Shown piece after piece: positions 51,963 to 62,904 of a stretch of 64,000 nucleotides of DNA (position 1 is the first letter of the stretch; the number at the start of each line of letters is the position of its first letter). The position numbers and the translations under genes were made by a program. The stretch is from Desulfosoma sp. (GTDB taxonomy: Bacteria > Desulfobacterota > Syntrophobacteria > Syntrophobacterales > DSM-9756), in NCBI GenBank assembly GCA_037481835.1, contig JBBFKW010000008.1, positions 32,001 through 96,000 on the forward strand, read 5' to 3'. The notes beneath the pieces were generated by a model. It was given only the letters and a program-made list of their open reading frames with translations. It was not told the DNA's origin and did no database searches.

Positions 51963-52656
51963 AGTCAAGGATTTGCATGTCTACTACGGCGGCATTCACG
52001 CGCTCAAGGGCATCCACCTCACGGTGCCCCAAGGCCGCATCGTGACCCTCATCGGCGCCAACGGGGCCGGCAAGACCACGACGCTTCGGGCCATCTCCGG
52101 CCTTGTTCGGCCGAAGCAAGGCAGCATCACGTTTCTCGATCACGATCTCACGAAACTTCCCACCTACAAGATCATCCGCCTGGGGATCGGCGTGGCGCCC
52201 GAAGGCCGCCGCGTGTTTCCCAACCTGAGTGTCCTGGAAAACCTGGAATTGGGGGCCTACAACAGACCCGTCGGGGATTTTCAGAAAGACTTGGAGTGGA
52301 TCTACTCCCTTTTCCCGCGCCTCAAGGAACGGAGCAAACAGCTGGCAGGGACGCTGAGCGGCGGGGAACAGCAGATGCTGGCTTTGGGCCGTGCGCTCAT
52401 GAGCCGACCGAGCCTCGTCCTGCTGGACGAACCCAGCCTGGGTTTGGCTCCTTTGGTCGTGGAAGAAGTCTTCCAGACCATCCAGACCATCAACGCCCAA
52501 GGGGCGACCATTTTGCTCGTGGAACAAAACGCCATGGCGGCCCTCCATGTGGCCCACTATGCCTACGTGCTGGAAACCGGGCGCATCACCCTGGAAGGGA
52601 CCGGCGCGGAACTGCTTCAAGACGAACGCGTGCGCAAAGCCTACCTCGGCGAATAA
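51955..52656 (+). CDS. livF: BCAA ABC ATP-binding protein
   Basis: GANGAGKTT, LSGGEQQMLA, DEPSLGLAP. Confidence 0.93.
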   Translation: MLEVKDLHVYYGGIHALKGIHLTVPQGRIVTLIGANGAGKTTTLRAISGLVRPKQGSITFLDHDLTKLPTYKIIRLGIGVAPEGRRVFPNLSVLENLELGAYNRPVGDFQKDLEWIYSLFPRLKERSKQLAGTLSGGEQQMLALGRALMSRPSLVLLDEPSLGLAPLVVEEVFQTIQTINAQGATILLVEQNAMAALHVAHYAYVLETGRITLEGTGAELLQDERVRKAYLGE

Positions 52657-53364
52657 TCAATACAACGCCGAAAAAGCCGCCCATGCGTTCCTGACGAAGG
52701 CGGCCACCTTGCGCGGGTCTTTGCGTCCCGAAGGATCTTCAAGACCCGTATGGGCATCGACCCCGAAGGGCCGCACCTTGCGCACGGCTTCGGCCACGTT
52801 TTCGGGGGTGAGGCCCCCCGCGAGAATCACCGGCTTGGGAGAAACTTCCACGATCCTTCGACTGACCTCCCAATCATGGGTCTTGCCGGTAGCCCCGCAG
52901 GCGCCGGTTTCGGGATCGAACGTGTCCGTGATCAGGGCATCCACATAAGGCGCAAAATCCATGACGGTTTGTTCCAGATCTTCCGAGGGCATTCCGGGGC
53001 GCACGATGACACTCTTGATCACTACAAGGCCAGGACGCGCGGCCTTGATCCGGCGGATGTCCTCAACGGGTGTTTCCCCGTGGAGCTGCACCGCCCGGGC
53101 GCCTAAAAAGGCACACAGATCCAGCACCTCTTTCCAATGAAAGGCGTAGGTGATGAGCACGGCGAAGACGTCTCGGGGAAGATTCTCAATAATGCGGGCC
53201 GCTTCCCGTTCAGTGAGATCCTCTCGGTGAACGCTCAGCCGCAAAGGAAAACCCAGCCAACGGATTCCCAGCCCGACGAGCATTCGAGCCTCATCCGCAT
53301 CCGCAATGCCGGCCACTTGAATGATTGGCTTTTGGAGCCTCACGGCCATCGGCTTTCCAGGCAC
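52657..53364 (-). CDS. trpF: Phosphoribosylanthranilate isomerase
   Basis: VQLHG, GATGKTHDW, ILAGGLTPENV, GVDAHTGLE..GRKD. Confidence 0.85.
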   Translation of the reverse strand: MPGKPMAVRLQKPIIQVAGIADADEARMLVGLGIRWLGFPLRLSVHREDLTEREAARIIENLPRDVFAVLITYAFHWKEVLDLCAFLGARAVQLHGETPVEDIRRIKAARPGLVVIKSVIVRPGMPSEDLEQTVMDFAPYVDALITDTFDPETGACGATGKTHDWEVSRRIVEVSPKPVILAGGLTPENVAEAVRKVRPFGVDAHTGLEDPSGRKDPRKVAAFVRNAWAAFSALY

Positions 53365-53407
53365 CTCCCATGGCCCGCCGCCCCCTCCCGGCCCGTCGAC
53401 ACTGCTT

Positions 53408-54511
53408 TCAGGCTTCGCTCAGACTATCCTCGAGCGCCGAAGCCACACAGGAGATATCATCGTCTGTCATGGCGGGCCCCATGGGGAGGCTCAGCACCTC
53501 GGCGTGGATGCGTTCGGTCACGGGATAAGATCGCCCGGGCATTTCCCTGTAGGCGCCTTGCTTGTGGGGCGGAATGGGATAATGGATCAAGGTCTCGATC
53601 CCCCGCTCAGCCAAACGGCGCTGGAGGACATCCCTGTGCTTCGTGCGGATGACGAAAAGATGCCAGACCGGTTCGGCCCAGTGAGGCACGTGAGGAAGAA
53701 CGATTCCGGGAAGGGTGGCGAGTCTCTCGGCATACCGCGCCGCAACAAGGCGGCGGCGGTCGTTCCAGGCGTCGAGCCGTGTCAGTTTGACCCGCAGGAA
53801 AGCAGCCTGCAGTTCGTCCAAGCGGGAATTGAACCCTTTGTCTTCGTTCAAGTATTTTACGGAGGAGCCGTAATTGCGAAGAAGGCGCACCCGCTCGGCT
53901 AAAGAGTCGCAATTGGTCGTGACCGCCCCGCCGTCTCCGAAAGCCCCCAGGTTCTTTCCGGGATAAAAACTAAATCCCGCCGCATCTCCCAGGCTTCCCG
54001 TCCTTCGGCCCTTGTATCGCGCCCCGTGCGCTTGGGCCGCATCTTCGATGACCCTGAGGTTGTGTGCGCGGGCGATCTCCCGGATGGGATCCATGTCGGC
54101 CGGTTGCCCGTAGAGGTGCACGGCGATCACCGCCCGCGTGCGCGGCGTGATGGCTTCTTCGATGCGGGCGGGGTCCATGTTGTACGTGGATTCCAAAGGC
54201 TCGACGGGCACGGGAACCGCTCCGGCGTAAGAGACGGCAAGCCAGGTCGCAATGAAGGTGTTGGCCGGAACGATGACTTCATCCCCTGGGCCGATTTCCA
54301 TGGCCCGGAGGATGAGATGCAAGGCATCCAGGCCGTTACCCGTGCCGATGCAGTGCTTCACGCCGCAGTAGGCGGCGAATTCCGACTCGAAGGCCTGAAG
54401 TTCCCCACCGAGGATGTAGCGGCCGGAGGCCATGACCCGGCGGTAGGCCTCATCCAAGGCGTCTTCGAGTTCATGATACATGGCCTTCAGGTTAAGAAAC
54501 GGAACCCTCAC
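53408..54511 (-). CDS. DegT/DnrJ/EryC1/StrS aminotransferase (FdtB/QdtB-like)
   Basis: [50 protein letters not shown]. Confidence 0.9.
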   Translation of the reverse strand: MRVPFLNLKAMYHELEDALDEAYRRVMASGRYILGGELQAFESEFAAYCGVKHCIGTGNGLDALHLILRAMEIGPGDEVIVPANTFIATWLAVSYAGAVPVPVEPLESTYNMDPARIEEAITPRTRAVIAVHLYGQPADMDPIREIARAHNLRVIEDAAQAHGARYKGRRTGSLGDAAGFSFYPGKNLGAFGDGGAVTTNCDSLAERVRLLRNYGSSVKYLNEDKGFNSRLDELQAAFLRVKLTRLDAWNDRRRLVAARYAERLATLPGIVLPHVPHWAEPVWHLFVIRTKHRDVLQRRLAERGIETLIHYPIPPHKQGAYREMPGRSYPVTERIHAEVLSLPMGPAMTDDDISCVASALEDSLSEA

Positions 54512-54921
54512 CCCGTCTTTTCCCGATGGAACGTTTCGTAGTCGCGGATGTAATCCTTTTCATCGTACGGCATGGATGCGAGCACGAGGCAGATCCCCCC
54601 GGACGAGAAATTTTCCAGCTCCCTCCAGATCATCTCGGGAACGTAGAGCCCGTAATAGGCCCGGTCCAGGTGGATGCGCCGACGTTCGCACCCGTCGTCC
54701 AAGACCACATCAAAGGCGCCCATGACTGAAACGATCAGTTGCTGCAATTGCCTGTGCGCATGCCCGCCGCGGCTTTCGCCTCCCGGAACGTCGTACAGGT
54801 AATAGACCCTCTCGATGCTGAACGGCAGGTGGACGCCGCCGTAAATAGGCGTGATGGCCCCCTGCCGATCGCTGATCTTGGGGAGATCGATGAGTTTGCA
54901 ATCATGAACGGTGGTTTTCAC
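54508..54921 (-). CDS. dTDP-sugar 3,4-ketoisomerase (FdtA/QdtA/WxcM-like)
   Basis: [30 protein letters not shown]. Confidence 0.9.
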   Translation of the reverse strand: MKTTVHDCKLIDLPKISDRQGAITPIYGGVHLPFSIERVYYLYDVPGGESRGGHAHRQLQQLIVSVMGAFDVVLDDGCERRRIHLDRAYYGLYVPEMIWRELENFSSGGICLVLASMPYDEKDYIRDYETFHREKTG

Positions 54922-55358
54922 AGGCCTCGGTTCATCCTCTTGAAGGCTTCGTAGTCTCGAACGTAGTCTTCCAGGTCATAGGATTTGGAGGCGAGCACCA
55001 GAGCCACGGCATTGGTGGAAAAATGTTGCATGCGCCGCCAAATCATGTTGGGCACGTACAGGCCGTAATAGGCCCGGTTGAGCATGACCGTCTTTTGAGC
55101 CAGGCCGTCGTCCAGGAACACTTCGAAGCTTCCCGACAGGGCGATGATCACTTCGTGGAGCGTGCGGTAGGCGTGGCTGCCTCGGGATTCGCCGCCGGGG
55201 ACGTCGTAAATCCAATAAACCCGCGCGATGTCGAAGGGAATATGCCGATGGGCCTCAATAAAGGTGAGGTTTCCTCGATCGTCCAGGATCTTGGGAAACT
55301 GGATGATGGCCGTATCGTAGACGGATCGGGATGAGAGCGGTTCACTTCGGGACACCAC
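54918..55358 (-). CDS. Second FdtA/WxcM-like cupin (RGSHAY variant)
   Basis: DDRGNL, IPFDIARVYWIYDVP, RGSHAY, DYVRDY. Confidence 0.88.
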   Translation of the reverse strand: MVSRSEPLSSRSVYDTAIIQFPKILDDRGNLTFIEAHRHIPFDIARVYWIYDVPGGESRGSHAYRTLHEVIIALSGSFEVFLDDGLAQKTVMLNRAYYGLYVPNMIWRRMQHFSTNAVALVLASKSYDLEDYVRDYEAFKRMNRGL

Positions 55359-55602
55359 GCCGTGCCTCCGAGGACAAAATGCCTTTCAATCGGTTGCGAA
55401 GCCTCCTTTTGAGGAGGCGCGGCACATGTTTCATGCAACACGGTGTTTGTCAAGCGACAAAAAAACGCTGATTTTTTTTTAATACGCCCTGTTGGAAACC
55501 CTTGGCAATTCCCGTATAAGATATCGTGACCGAAAAACATGCGAAAGGACGTTCGCTTTGTCCCAAAGCCCTTATCGCCCTGCATCTCCTGACGGCCCGA
55601 CC

Positions 55603-56898
55603 ATGAGCGCCCCATTGGCGGAAAGGATGCGCCCGCGGACACTCGAAGAATTCGTGGGACAGAGGCATCTTCTGGGGGAAGGCAAGATCCTCCATCGCCT
55701 CCTCAGTGGTTCTCTTTTTCAGTCCCTGATTCTGTGGGGCCCGCCCGGCTGTGGCAAGACGACCCTGGCCCGTCTCATCGCCGCCCGCACTCAGGGGCAC
55801 CTCATGGCTCTTTCCGCCGTCACGGCCGGGACGAAAGACATCCGCGAAGCCGTCGATGAGGCCCGTCGGGTCTTTGCCGCCTCTCGAAAGCGCTCTTGGC
55901 TCTTCATGGACGAAATCCATCGTCTGAACAAAGCCCAGCAAGACGTGCTCCTTCCCCACGTGGAAAAGGGAACCGTTTCCCTTCTGGGGGCGACGACGGA
56001 AAACCCGTCCTTCGAAATCATCCGCCCGTTGCTGAGCCGCTGTCACGTACTGGTTCTGGAATCGCTGACCCCGGAAGACCTAAAGACAGTCATCGAAAGA
56101 GCCTTGACGGATGCGGAGCGGGGGTTGGGGCCGCTCCGCCCCGTTGTGAGCGATGAGGCGCTGAGGCTTCTTGTGGAGGCGGCGGGAGGCGATGCCCGCG
56201 TAGCGCTCAATCTCTTGGAAACCGCCGTTTTGAGCACACCGCCCGATGCGAACGGCATCCGACGGGTCGAGGCGTCCACGGTGGTGGACGTCATGGAACG
56301 GCCGCCTCATTACGACAAGAGCGGCGAGGAACACTACAACCTCATTTCGGCGTTTCACAAAAGCCTTCGCGGCAGCGATCCCGACGCGGCGCTCTATTGG
56401 TATACGCGCATGCTCCAGGCCGGAGAGGACCCCCTTTACATCGGCCGCAGGCTGGTGGTGGCGGCATCGGAAGATGTGGGCCTGGCGGATCCGTTCGCCC
56501 TGGTTCTCGCCATGAACGCCGTTCGGGCTTACGAACTCCTGGGAAGCCCCGAAGGGGAACTCCATTTGGCCCAAGCCGTGGTGTACGTGAGCCTTGCGCC
56601 CAAAAGCAACAGCGTCTACAAGGCCTTGACGGCCGCGCGGGACACCGCCCGAAAGACGCCTTTCGACCCCGTGCCCTTCCATTTGCGGAACGCTCCGACG
56701 GCCCTTTTGAAAGAATTGGGGTACGGCAGAGCCTACCGGTACCCTCATGACGACCCGGAAGGGTGGGTTCCGGAAATGTATTTCCCGGAAGCGCTGGCGG
56801 GAACCGTGTTCTACGAGCCCACTCCGCGGGGCTGGGAGGGGAAATGGAGGGAGGCCCTGGCTCGGAGGCGCCGCCGGGCCGAAAGGGAAAGCCCTTAA
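55603..56898 (+). CDS. rarA: Replication-associated recombination protein A
   Basis: [52 protein letters not shown]. Confidence 0.95.
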   Translation: MSAPLAERMRPRTLEEFVGQRHLLGEGKILHRLLSGSLFQSLILWGPPGCGKTTLARLIAARTQGHLMALSAVTAGTKDIREAVDEARRVFAASRKRSWLFMDEIHRLNKAQQDVLLPHVEKGTVSLLGATTENPSFEIIRPLLSRCHVLVLESLTPEDLKTVIERALTDAERGLGPLRPVVSDEALRLLVEAAGGDARVALNLLETAVLSTPPDANGIRRVEASTVVDVMERPPHYDKSGEEHYNLISAFHKSLRGSDPDAALYWYTRMLQAGEDPLYIGRRLVVAASEDVGLADPFALVLAMNAVRAYELLGSPEGELHLAQAVVYVSLAPKSNSVYKALTAARDTARKTPFDPVPFHLRNAPTALLKELGYGRAYRYPHDDPEGWVPEMYFPEALAGTVFYEPTPRGWEGKWREALARRRRRAERESP

Positions 56899-56908
56899 GG
56901 GACACAGA

Positions 56909-58462
56909 ATGAAAACGGATCGCGGAAACGTCGTGACCATGGACCGCTTTTATCCCTTGAAATCGTGGCGGCAAAACAAGATCGCCCCATCGGTTGCTGT
57001 GCAGGGCGCGGCATCCAAGGCGTCTGCTTCCGTCCCGCAGGGAAAACCCTTCCGGCTGGTGAAGTACGTGGCGGTCTCCAGCCTGGTGGTGATTCTGGTG
57101 AGCACCGTTTTTCTCTCCGGGTTCCTTTCCCATAGGGCGAAAAAGATCCTCGTGCAAAAAAGCGAAGAATACGCCTTCCTTACGGCGGAAAACCTGAACC
57201 ACCAAGTATTCTATCAATTTACGGCGCCGACTTTCATGATCGAAGGCGAAATTCGCCTGAGCCGAAAGGATCAGTACGATCGGCTGGATAAAGTGGTCAA
57301 GAGCGCCATCCACGGCCTTGCCATCGAACGGGTGGACATCTACACCACGGAAGGGATTCTCACTTACAGCACCGAAGAGGTCCCTTTGGGAGAAAAGAGA
57401 GACCTGGGCGAGCCGTTCCAGAAGGCGCTGGCGGGCGATGCCGTCTCCATCACGGAAGGACGCCGGCATTCCATCCTGGGCGTGTCTTGGGCCATCGGGC
57501 CTCAAAAAATGCGCACCTACTTGCCCATGTGGGTGGAAATGCCCCTGAGCTGGAAGCGGGGGCGCGTTATCGGCGTTTTTGAAATCACCCAAGATATCAC
57601 GGCGGACCAGGCGAACATCACGCGGTTTCAGATCATCATCTTTGCCAGCGTGGCCGCCTTCGTGGGCGTCTTGTTTGCGGCGCTGGTGGCCATCTTGCGG
57701 CGGGCTGAAAACATCCTGGAAGCGAGAGCCCGGGAACGGCAAAAACTGGAGGAGGAACTCAACCGGGCGGAAAGGCTGGCGGTCCTCGGGGAAATGATCG
57801 CCGGGGTGTCCCACGAGATCAAGAACCCCCTGGGCATCATCCGCAGCACGGCGGAACTGCTGGAAAAGCGCTTGGATGAACCCCGCCCGAAGAAGCTCGC
57901 CTCCATCTTGGTGGAAGAAGCCACGCGGCTGAACAACATCGTCACCGAATTTTTGGACTTTGCCAGGCCGAAGGACTTACGGGTGAGCCCGTGCCGGGTG
58001 GAAGACGTCTTGGAGCGCAACCTCACGGTCATCGAGGCGGAGTGCCAGAAGCGAAACATCCGGATCGAAAAGGACTACCAGACGGGGGATTATGTGTTGG
58101 ACGCAGACGCGAACCTCCTTTACCGCGCCTTCATGAACCTCATGGTCAACGCCGTCCAGGCCATGGACGAAGGCGGCACGCTGCGCATCGAAACGTCCCT
58201 GCGGTGCCTGGACAGTCGCCAAGATCCCGTGGTGGAGGTGCACATCGCCGACACCGGCCCTGGAATTCCGCAGGAGGTGTTGGGAAAGATCTTCAACCCG
58301 TTTTTCACCACCCGGGAAAAGGGAACGGGACTGGGGCTGTCCATCGTGCAGAGTATCGTCCAGAGCCACCACGGCACGGTGGATTTGGTGCCCCGGGCCG
58401 AAGGCGGCACGACCGCCGTCGTGCGTCTGCCGATGCGCCAACCGGAAACCTTAGAGGGCTGA
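56909..58462 (+). CDS. Membrane sensor histidine kinase
   Basis: 2 TM, GVSHEIKNPLG, NLMVNAVQAM, DTGPGI, FFTTREKGTGLGL. Confidence 0.9.
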   Translation: MKTDRGNVVTMDRFYPLKSWRQNKIAPSVAVQGAASKASASVPQGKPFRLVKYVAVSSLVVILVSTVFLSGFLSHRAKKILVQKSEEYAFLTAENLNHQVFYQFTAPTFMIEGEIRLSRKDQYDRLDKVVKSAIHGLAIERVDIYTTEGILTYSTEEVPLGEKRDLGEPFQKALAGDAVSITEGRRHSILGVSWAIGPQKMRTYLPMWVEMPLSWKRGRVIGVFEITQDITADQANITRFQIIIFASVAAFVGVLFAALVAILRRAENILEARARERQKLEEELNRAERLAVLGEMIAGVSHEIKNPLGIIRSTAELLEKRLDEPRPKKLASILVEEATRLNNIVTEFLDFARPKDLRVSPCRVEDVLERNLTVIEAECQKRNIRIEKDYQTGDYVLDADANLLYRAFMNLMVNAVQAMDEGGTLRIETSLRCLDSRQDPVVEVHIADTGPGIPQEVLGKIFNPFFTTREKGTGLGLSIVQSIVQSHHGTVDLVPRAEGGTTAVVRLPMRQPETLEG

Positions 58463-58517
58463 AAGAGCATAGCTGTTCGGAGGGATAGGCAGTCCCGAGG
58501 CACCAATCGAGACACCC

Positions 58518-60008
58518 ATGGGAAACATCCTCATCATCGACGACGAAAAGAACTATCTCGTCATCTTGGAAGACCTCCTTTCCGAGGAAGGCCACCACGT
58601 CCTTACGGCCGAAAGCGGTCCGCAAGGACTGGATTTGGTGAAAAACAACGATCTGGACGTGGTCATCACGGATATGAAAATGCCGGGCATGGACGGCATG
58701 CAGGTCCTGGAAGAGGTCCGCGCCGTGGATGCCGACCTTCCGGTCATTATGATGACGGCTTACGGCACGGTGGAAAAGGCCGTGGAAGCCATGAAAAAAG
58801 GGGCGTTCCACTATATCTTGAAGCCCTTTGAAAACGAGGAACTCAAGGTCCTGGTCCAAAAGGCCGTGGAACACCACCTCATCGTCCGCCAAAACCGGCA
58901 GATGAAGGGAATCCTGGAAGAGCGCCATCACTTTCACAACATTGTGGGAAAAAGCGCCCCCATGCAGAAGGTCTACGACCTCATCCGCAAGGTGGCGCCC
59001 ACCAAGGCGACGGTGCTCATCACGGGGGAATCGGGCACGGGAAAGGAACTCATCGCCCGGGCGATCCATTTCAACAGCCCTCGGAAGGCTGGCCCCTTCA
59101 TATCCGTGAATTGCGGCGCCCTTCCGGAAAACCTTCTGGAAAGCGAACTCTTCGGCCACGAACGGGGCGCTTTCACGGGCGCCGTGGGGCTGCGCAAGGG
59201 TCGATTCGAACTGGCCCACGGCGGGACGCTTTTTTTGGACGAAATCAGTGAAATGTCTCCACCGCTTCAGGTCAAGCTCTTGAGGGCCTTGCAGGAAATG
59301 CGCTTCGAACGCGTCGGCGGCACGGAAACGCTCCATGTGGACGTGCGCGTCCTGGCTGCTTCAAACCGAAACCTCAAAGAAGAAGTGGCTGCCGGCCGAT
59401 TTCGATCCGATCTCTTCTTCCGTCTCAACGTGGTCCACATCCAGCTGCCGCCTCTTCGGGAGCGCACCGGGGACATTCCGCTCCTTGCGGCCTATTTTCT
59501 AAAAAAGTACGAAAAACAGACAGGGCGCGAGGAGATGAGCATCCGGCCGGACGCCTTGCGGACTCTCCTGGATTACCCATGGCCGGGAAACGTGCGGGAA
59601 CTGGAAAATGTCATCGAACGGGCCGTCATCCTGTGCCCAGGCAGAGAAATCACCCCTGACGATCTACCGAGCGAACTCCTACGACCTTCCTCCCCCTCCT
59701 TGGCTTCAGGAGGCGGACCGCCCCCTTCCCGTGGCGAAGATCTCGACCTTTCCCCAGAAAGCCCGTACCGGGCGGAAGCGGAACGGCGCCTTCCGCCGGG
59801 GCCGCAGCGCGTGCGCCAGCTTCGGGCTCTGGATTTCATCCACAGCCACGGCTACATCACCAACCGCGATTATGCGCGGCTGAACGAACTTTCGGAACGC
59901 CAGGCCCTTCGCGAACTGACCGAGATGGTGGATCGGGGCGTCCTGGTGCGCGTGGGAAAAGGCCGGGCCTGCCAATACGTTTTTCCGGAGCCCCCCCGGA
60001 TGCCGTAA
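58518..60008 (+). CDS. Sigma54-dependent response regulator (NtrC-type) with atypical C-terminal wHTH
   Basis: Receiver domain, [31 protein letters not shown]. Confidence 0.93.
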   Translation: MGNILIIDDEKNYLVILEDLLSEEGHHVLTAESGPQGLDLVKNNDLDVVITDMKMPGMDGMQVLEEVRAVDADLPVIMMTAYGTVEKAVEAMKKGAFHYILKPFENEELKVLVQKAVEHHLIVRQNRQMKGILEERHHFHNIVGKSAPMQKVYDLIRKVAPTKATVLITGESGTGKELIARAIHFNSPRKAGPFISVNCGALPENLLESELFGHERGAFTGAVGLRKGRFELAHGGTLFLDEISEMSPPLQVKLLRALQEMRFERVGGTETLHVDVRVLAASNRNLKEEVAAGRFRSDLFFRLNVVHIQLPPLRERTGDIPLLAAYFLKKYEKQTGREEMSIRPDALRTLLDYPWPGNVRELENVIERAVILCPGREITPDDLPSELLRPSSPSLASGGGPPPSRGEDLDLSPESPYRAEAERRLPPGPQRVRQLRALDFIHSHGYITNRDYARLNELSERQALRELTEMVDRGVLVRVGKGRACQYVFPEPPRMP

Positions 60009-60118
60009 GGGCGGCCCCCTCACCCCGTGGGGCCCAATGCCGGCTCATGACGGCGGCACACGGCGGGCTTTTTCGGAAACGCCGGCAAACCGGCCCACCG
60101 GGTCCCCCTGGGCAAAGC

Positions 60119-60148
60119 GCTTGACATCGCAGGTCAAGCCAATAGAAT
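60119..60148 (+). promoter_or_regulatory. Sigma70 promoter with an overlapping inverted repeat
   Basis: TTGACA-N16-TAGAAT; GCTTGAC-N7-GTCAAGC at 60119-60139. Confidence 0.6.
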
Positions 60149-60218
60149 TGCGCGGAGACCCGAGACGGCTACGGCCCCTAACCCCTCCATGTGACCAGAA
60201 TCAATAGGAGAATCACTT

Positions 60219-61772
60219 ATGCAAACGGTGGCGGACAAGATCAGGGAACTGCGAGAGAGGGAAGCGAAGATCAAGGAGATGGGCGGCGAAAAGGCCGTCG
60301 CCGCGCAGCACGAACGGGGAAAGCTCACGGCGCGGGAGCGCTTGGAATATTTTTTTGATCCCGGCACGTTTCGGGAACTGGATATCTTCGTCAAACACCG
60401 GGGAACACTTTTCGGCTTGGACAAAATGGACATTCCCGCCGACGGCGTCATCACGGGCTACGGGTTGGTCAACGGCCGGCAAGTGTTCGCCTTTTCCCAA
60501 GATTTCACCGCCCGGGCCGGCACCCTGGGGGAGATGCATTCCCGAAAGATCTGCAAAGTCATGGACCTGGCCCTCAAGGCGGGTAAACCCTTCGTGGGTT
60601 TCAATGATTCCGGCGGCGCCCGCATCCAGGAAGGCGTGGACGCCCTTTCCGGATACGGCCAAATCTTCTACCGGAACGCCATCAGTTCCGGGGTTATTCC
60701 CCAGATTTCCGCCATCATGGGCCCGTGCGCCGGAGGGGCGGTCTATTCGCCGGCCATGACGGACTTCGTCTTCATGGTGAAAAACACGAGCTACATGTTC
60801 ATCACCGGCCCGGACGTCATCAAGTCCGTGCTCGGCGAAGAGATCACCCAGGAAGAACTGGGCGGCGCCATCGCCCACAGCACGAAGAGCGGGGTGGCGC
60901 ACTTCGCCTGCGAAAACGACCGTCACGCCATCGATGAAATCAAACGGCTGCTGAGTTTCCTGCCGGACAACAACATGGAAGATCCGCCCATCGTGGACAT
61001 GGGGGACGACCCTTACAGGCCGGCGCCCGAATTGGACACCATCCTTCCGGACAACCCCATGGGCGCCTATGACATGAAGGACGTCATTCGAGCCATCGTG
61101 GATCGCGGCGACTTTTTCGAAGTGCACGAAGGCTACGCCCAAAACATGGTGGTCGGCTTTGCGCGCCTGAACGGACGGCCCATCGGCATTATCGCCAACC
61201 AGCCCAAGGTCTTGGCCGGCTGCCTGGACGTGGACTCTTCCGACAAGGCCACCCGGTTCATCCGGTTTTGCGACGCCTTCAACATCCCGTTGCTCACCCT
61301 GGCCGACGTGCCCGGCTACCTTCCGGGAAAGCAGCAGGAATGGGGCGGCATCATCCGGCACGGCGCCAAGCTCCTGTGGTGCTACTCGGAAGCCACGGTC
61401 CCCAAAGTGACCCTCATCATCCGCAAGGACTACGGCGGATCTTACCTCGCCATGTGTTCCAAGGACCTGGGCGCGGACATCGCTCTGGCCTGGCCCACGG
61501 CGGAAATCGCCGTCATGGGCGCCGAAGGAGCGGCCAATATCATTTTTCGAAAAGACATTCAGACCGCACCGGATCCCGTGGCCAAGCGGAAGGAAAAAAT
61601 CGAGGAATACCGAAATCTCCTCTATAACCCCTACATTGCCGCATCCCGGGGATATATCGACGGGGTCATCGTCCCGAGCGAAACGCGGGCACGGCTCGTG
61701 GAAGCCTACGAACTCTTGGCGACCAAGCGCCAGGCCCTGCCGCCCAAAAAGCACGGAAACATCCCCATGTAA
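60219..61772 (+). CDS. Acyl-CoA carboxyltransferase (PccB/MmdA-like)
   Basis: GKLTARER, DSGGARIQEG, GPCAGGAVYSPAMTDF, RFIRFCDAFNIP, KKHGNIPM. Confidence 0.93.
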   Translation: MQTVADKIRELREREAKIKEMGGEKAVAAQHERGKLTARERLEYFFDPGTFRELDIFVKHRGTLFGLDKMDIPADGVITGYGLVNGRQVFAFSQDFTARAGTLGEMHSRKICKVMDLALKAGKPFVGFNDSGGARIQEGVDALSGYGQIFYRNAISSGVIPQISAIMGPCAGGAVYSPAMTDFVFMVKNTSYMFITGPDVIKSVLGEEITQEELGGAIAHSTKSGVAHFACENDRHAIDEIKRLLSFLPDNNMEDPPIVDMGDDPYRPAPELDTILPDNPMGAYDMKDVIRAIVDRGDFFEVHEGYAQNMVVGFARLNGRPIGIIANQPKVLAGCLDVDSSDKATRFIRFCDAFNIPLLTLADVPGYLPGKQQEWGGIIRHGAKLLWCYSEATVPKVTLIIRKDYGGSYLAMCSKDLGADIALAWPTAEIAVMGAEGAANIIFRKDIQTAPDPVAKRKEKIEEYRNLLYNPYIAASRGYIDGVIVPSETRARLVEAYELLATKRQALPPKKHGNIPM

Positions 61773-61783
61773 CCGCCTTTTTG

Positions 61784-61817
61784 CCCACCGGGGCGGGAGT
61801 TTTTCCCGCCCCGTGGG
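61784..61817 (+). terminator. GC-rich hairpin after the carboxyltransferase gene
   Basis: GGGGCGGGA-loop-TCCCGCCCC. Confidence 0.5.
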
Positions 61818-62036
61818 GTCCCCGACTTTTCATCCCGTCGGTTCGAGAACTTAATTCAAAAGAAAATAGCGCCGTGGCGCGAGGTAAAAAAAGGTCTCCC
61901 GCAAAGGCGCAAAGAAAGCGTTGTGAGCGGAAACGAGCGAGTTAGGACACCTTTGTGTGAAAGCCGCGGTCGGGATCCGGGAGGGCAGGACTTTCATGGT
62001 TCGTCGCCTCGCCGGCCACCATCCTTGAATAAACTC

Positions 62037-62067
62037 GTAGGTTGGGGTGAGCGCAGCGAACCCCAAC
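62037..62067 (+). repeat. GTAG-type REP hairpin (second copy)
   Basis: Identical to 44600-44630. Confidence 0.8.
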
Positions 62068-62243
62068 AAAAAGTGGGGATACACCGGCACGTTGCGGTGT
62101 CACAACGAACGATGAAACTCGAACCCCCGGGAGCTTGTCCGAGAACCTTTTATATGGAAGTCTCTTTAACACACCCTAACAGTCATGGCTCCCCTTGCGC
62201 CACCCCGCACAGATGAAAGATGTCGTCAAGGGAGAGTCCTTTC

Positions 62244-62295
62244 TGTAGGAGCCGGCTTGCCGGCGATCCCAATCGCGGCCAAGGCCGCTCCTACA
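62244..62295. repeat. GTAG REP doublet of a different family
   Basis: TGTAGGAGC...GCTCCTACA inverted ends with internal hairpins. Confidence 0.75.
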
Positions 62296-62409
62296 AGCGA
62301 CCGGAAACACAGTTCTTTCACCCTAACCACAAGACTTTCATCCTTCGTCGTCACGGGCTGCCCGTGATGGGGGCTAAGGAAACGCTTGACCGTCGCTCCA
62401 GGGGAAGTG

Positions 62410-62877
62410 TCAGGCCTGAGACGCCAAGCGATAGGTTCGGCCGGAGACGGTGAGCTTGTAAGTTCGCGAGTCGGGATCCAGGCTCAAGCGGGATGCCAGT
62501 TCGTAATAGGCCGACTTGCCGAACCGGGCGAGGAGGTGCTTTCGCGTCGCCAGGCAATACAAGGCGTTGTCGCCCTTGACGGAAAGGGTCTCGGGCCGCA
62601 GCGGCTCCCTTCGCCCGTCTTCCAACTGGATGTCCACGGATCGGACCGTGCCGTCGGATTCTTCCTCGATGAAGACGTACCGGACCCACAGCGGAGCGTC
62701 GGCAGTCCGCACGGGATGGACCTCTCCTTCGCAGCGCAGGTAATACCGGCCGTCCTTTTCGAAAAGGGACCGGCTGAGCATCCTAAAGAGCTCGGGGTCG
62801 GTCACCGGGTTTCCTTCGCAGAACCAGTTGCCGTGCCCGTCGATGTAATAATCGTAAAGGTGTTTCTGTTCCGCCAC
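62410..62877 (-). CDS. DUF1285-like protein
   Basis: IDGHGNWFCEG, V..ADAPL, Y..R..LLARF.K..YYEL; GTG start with GAGG SD. Confidence 0.65.
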   Translation of the reverse strand: MAEQKHLYDYYIDGHGNWFCEGNPVTDPELFRMLSRSLFEKDGRYYLRCEGEVHPVRTADAPLWVRYVFIEEESDGTVRSVDIQLEDGRREPLRPETLSVKGDNALYCLATRKHLLARFGKSAYYELASRLSLDPDSRTYKLTVSGRTYRLASQA

Positions 62878-62904
62878 GCCTGAGCCCCCTCGGGGCCCTG
62901 AAAA

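Noticed and set aside
60052..60070. Sigma54 promoter upstream of the carboxyltransferase
   Set aside because: GG-N10-GC is present but lacks TTGC, and a good sigma70 promoter lies downstream
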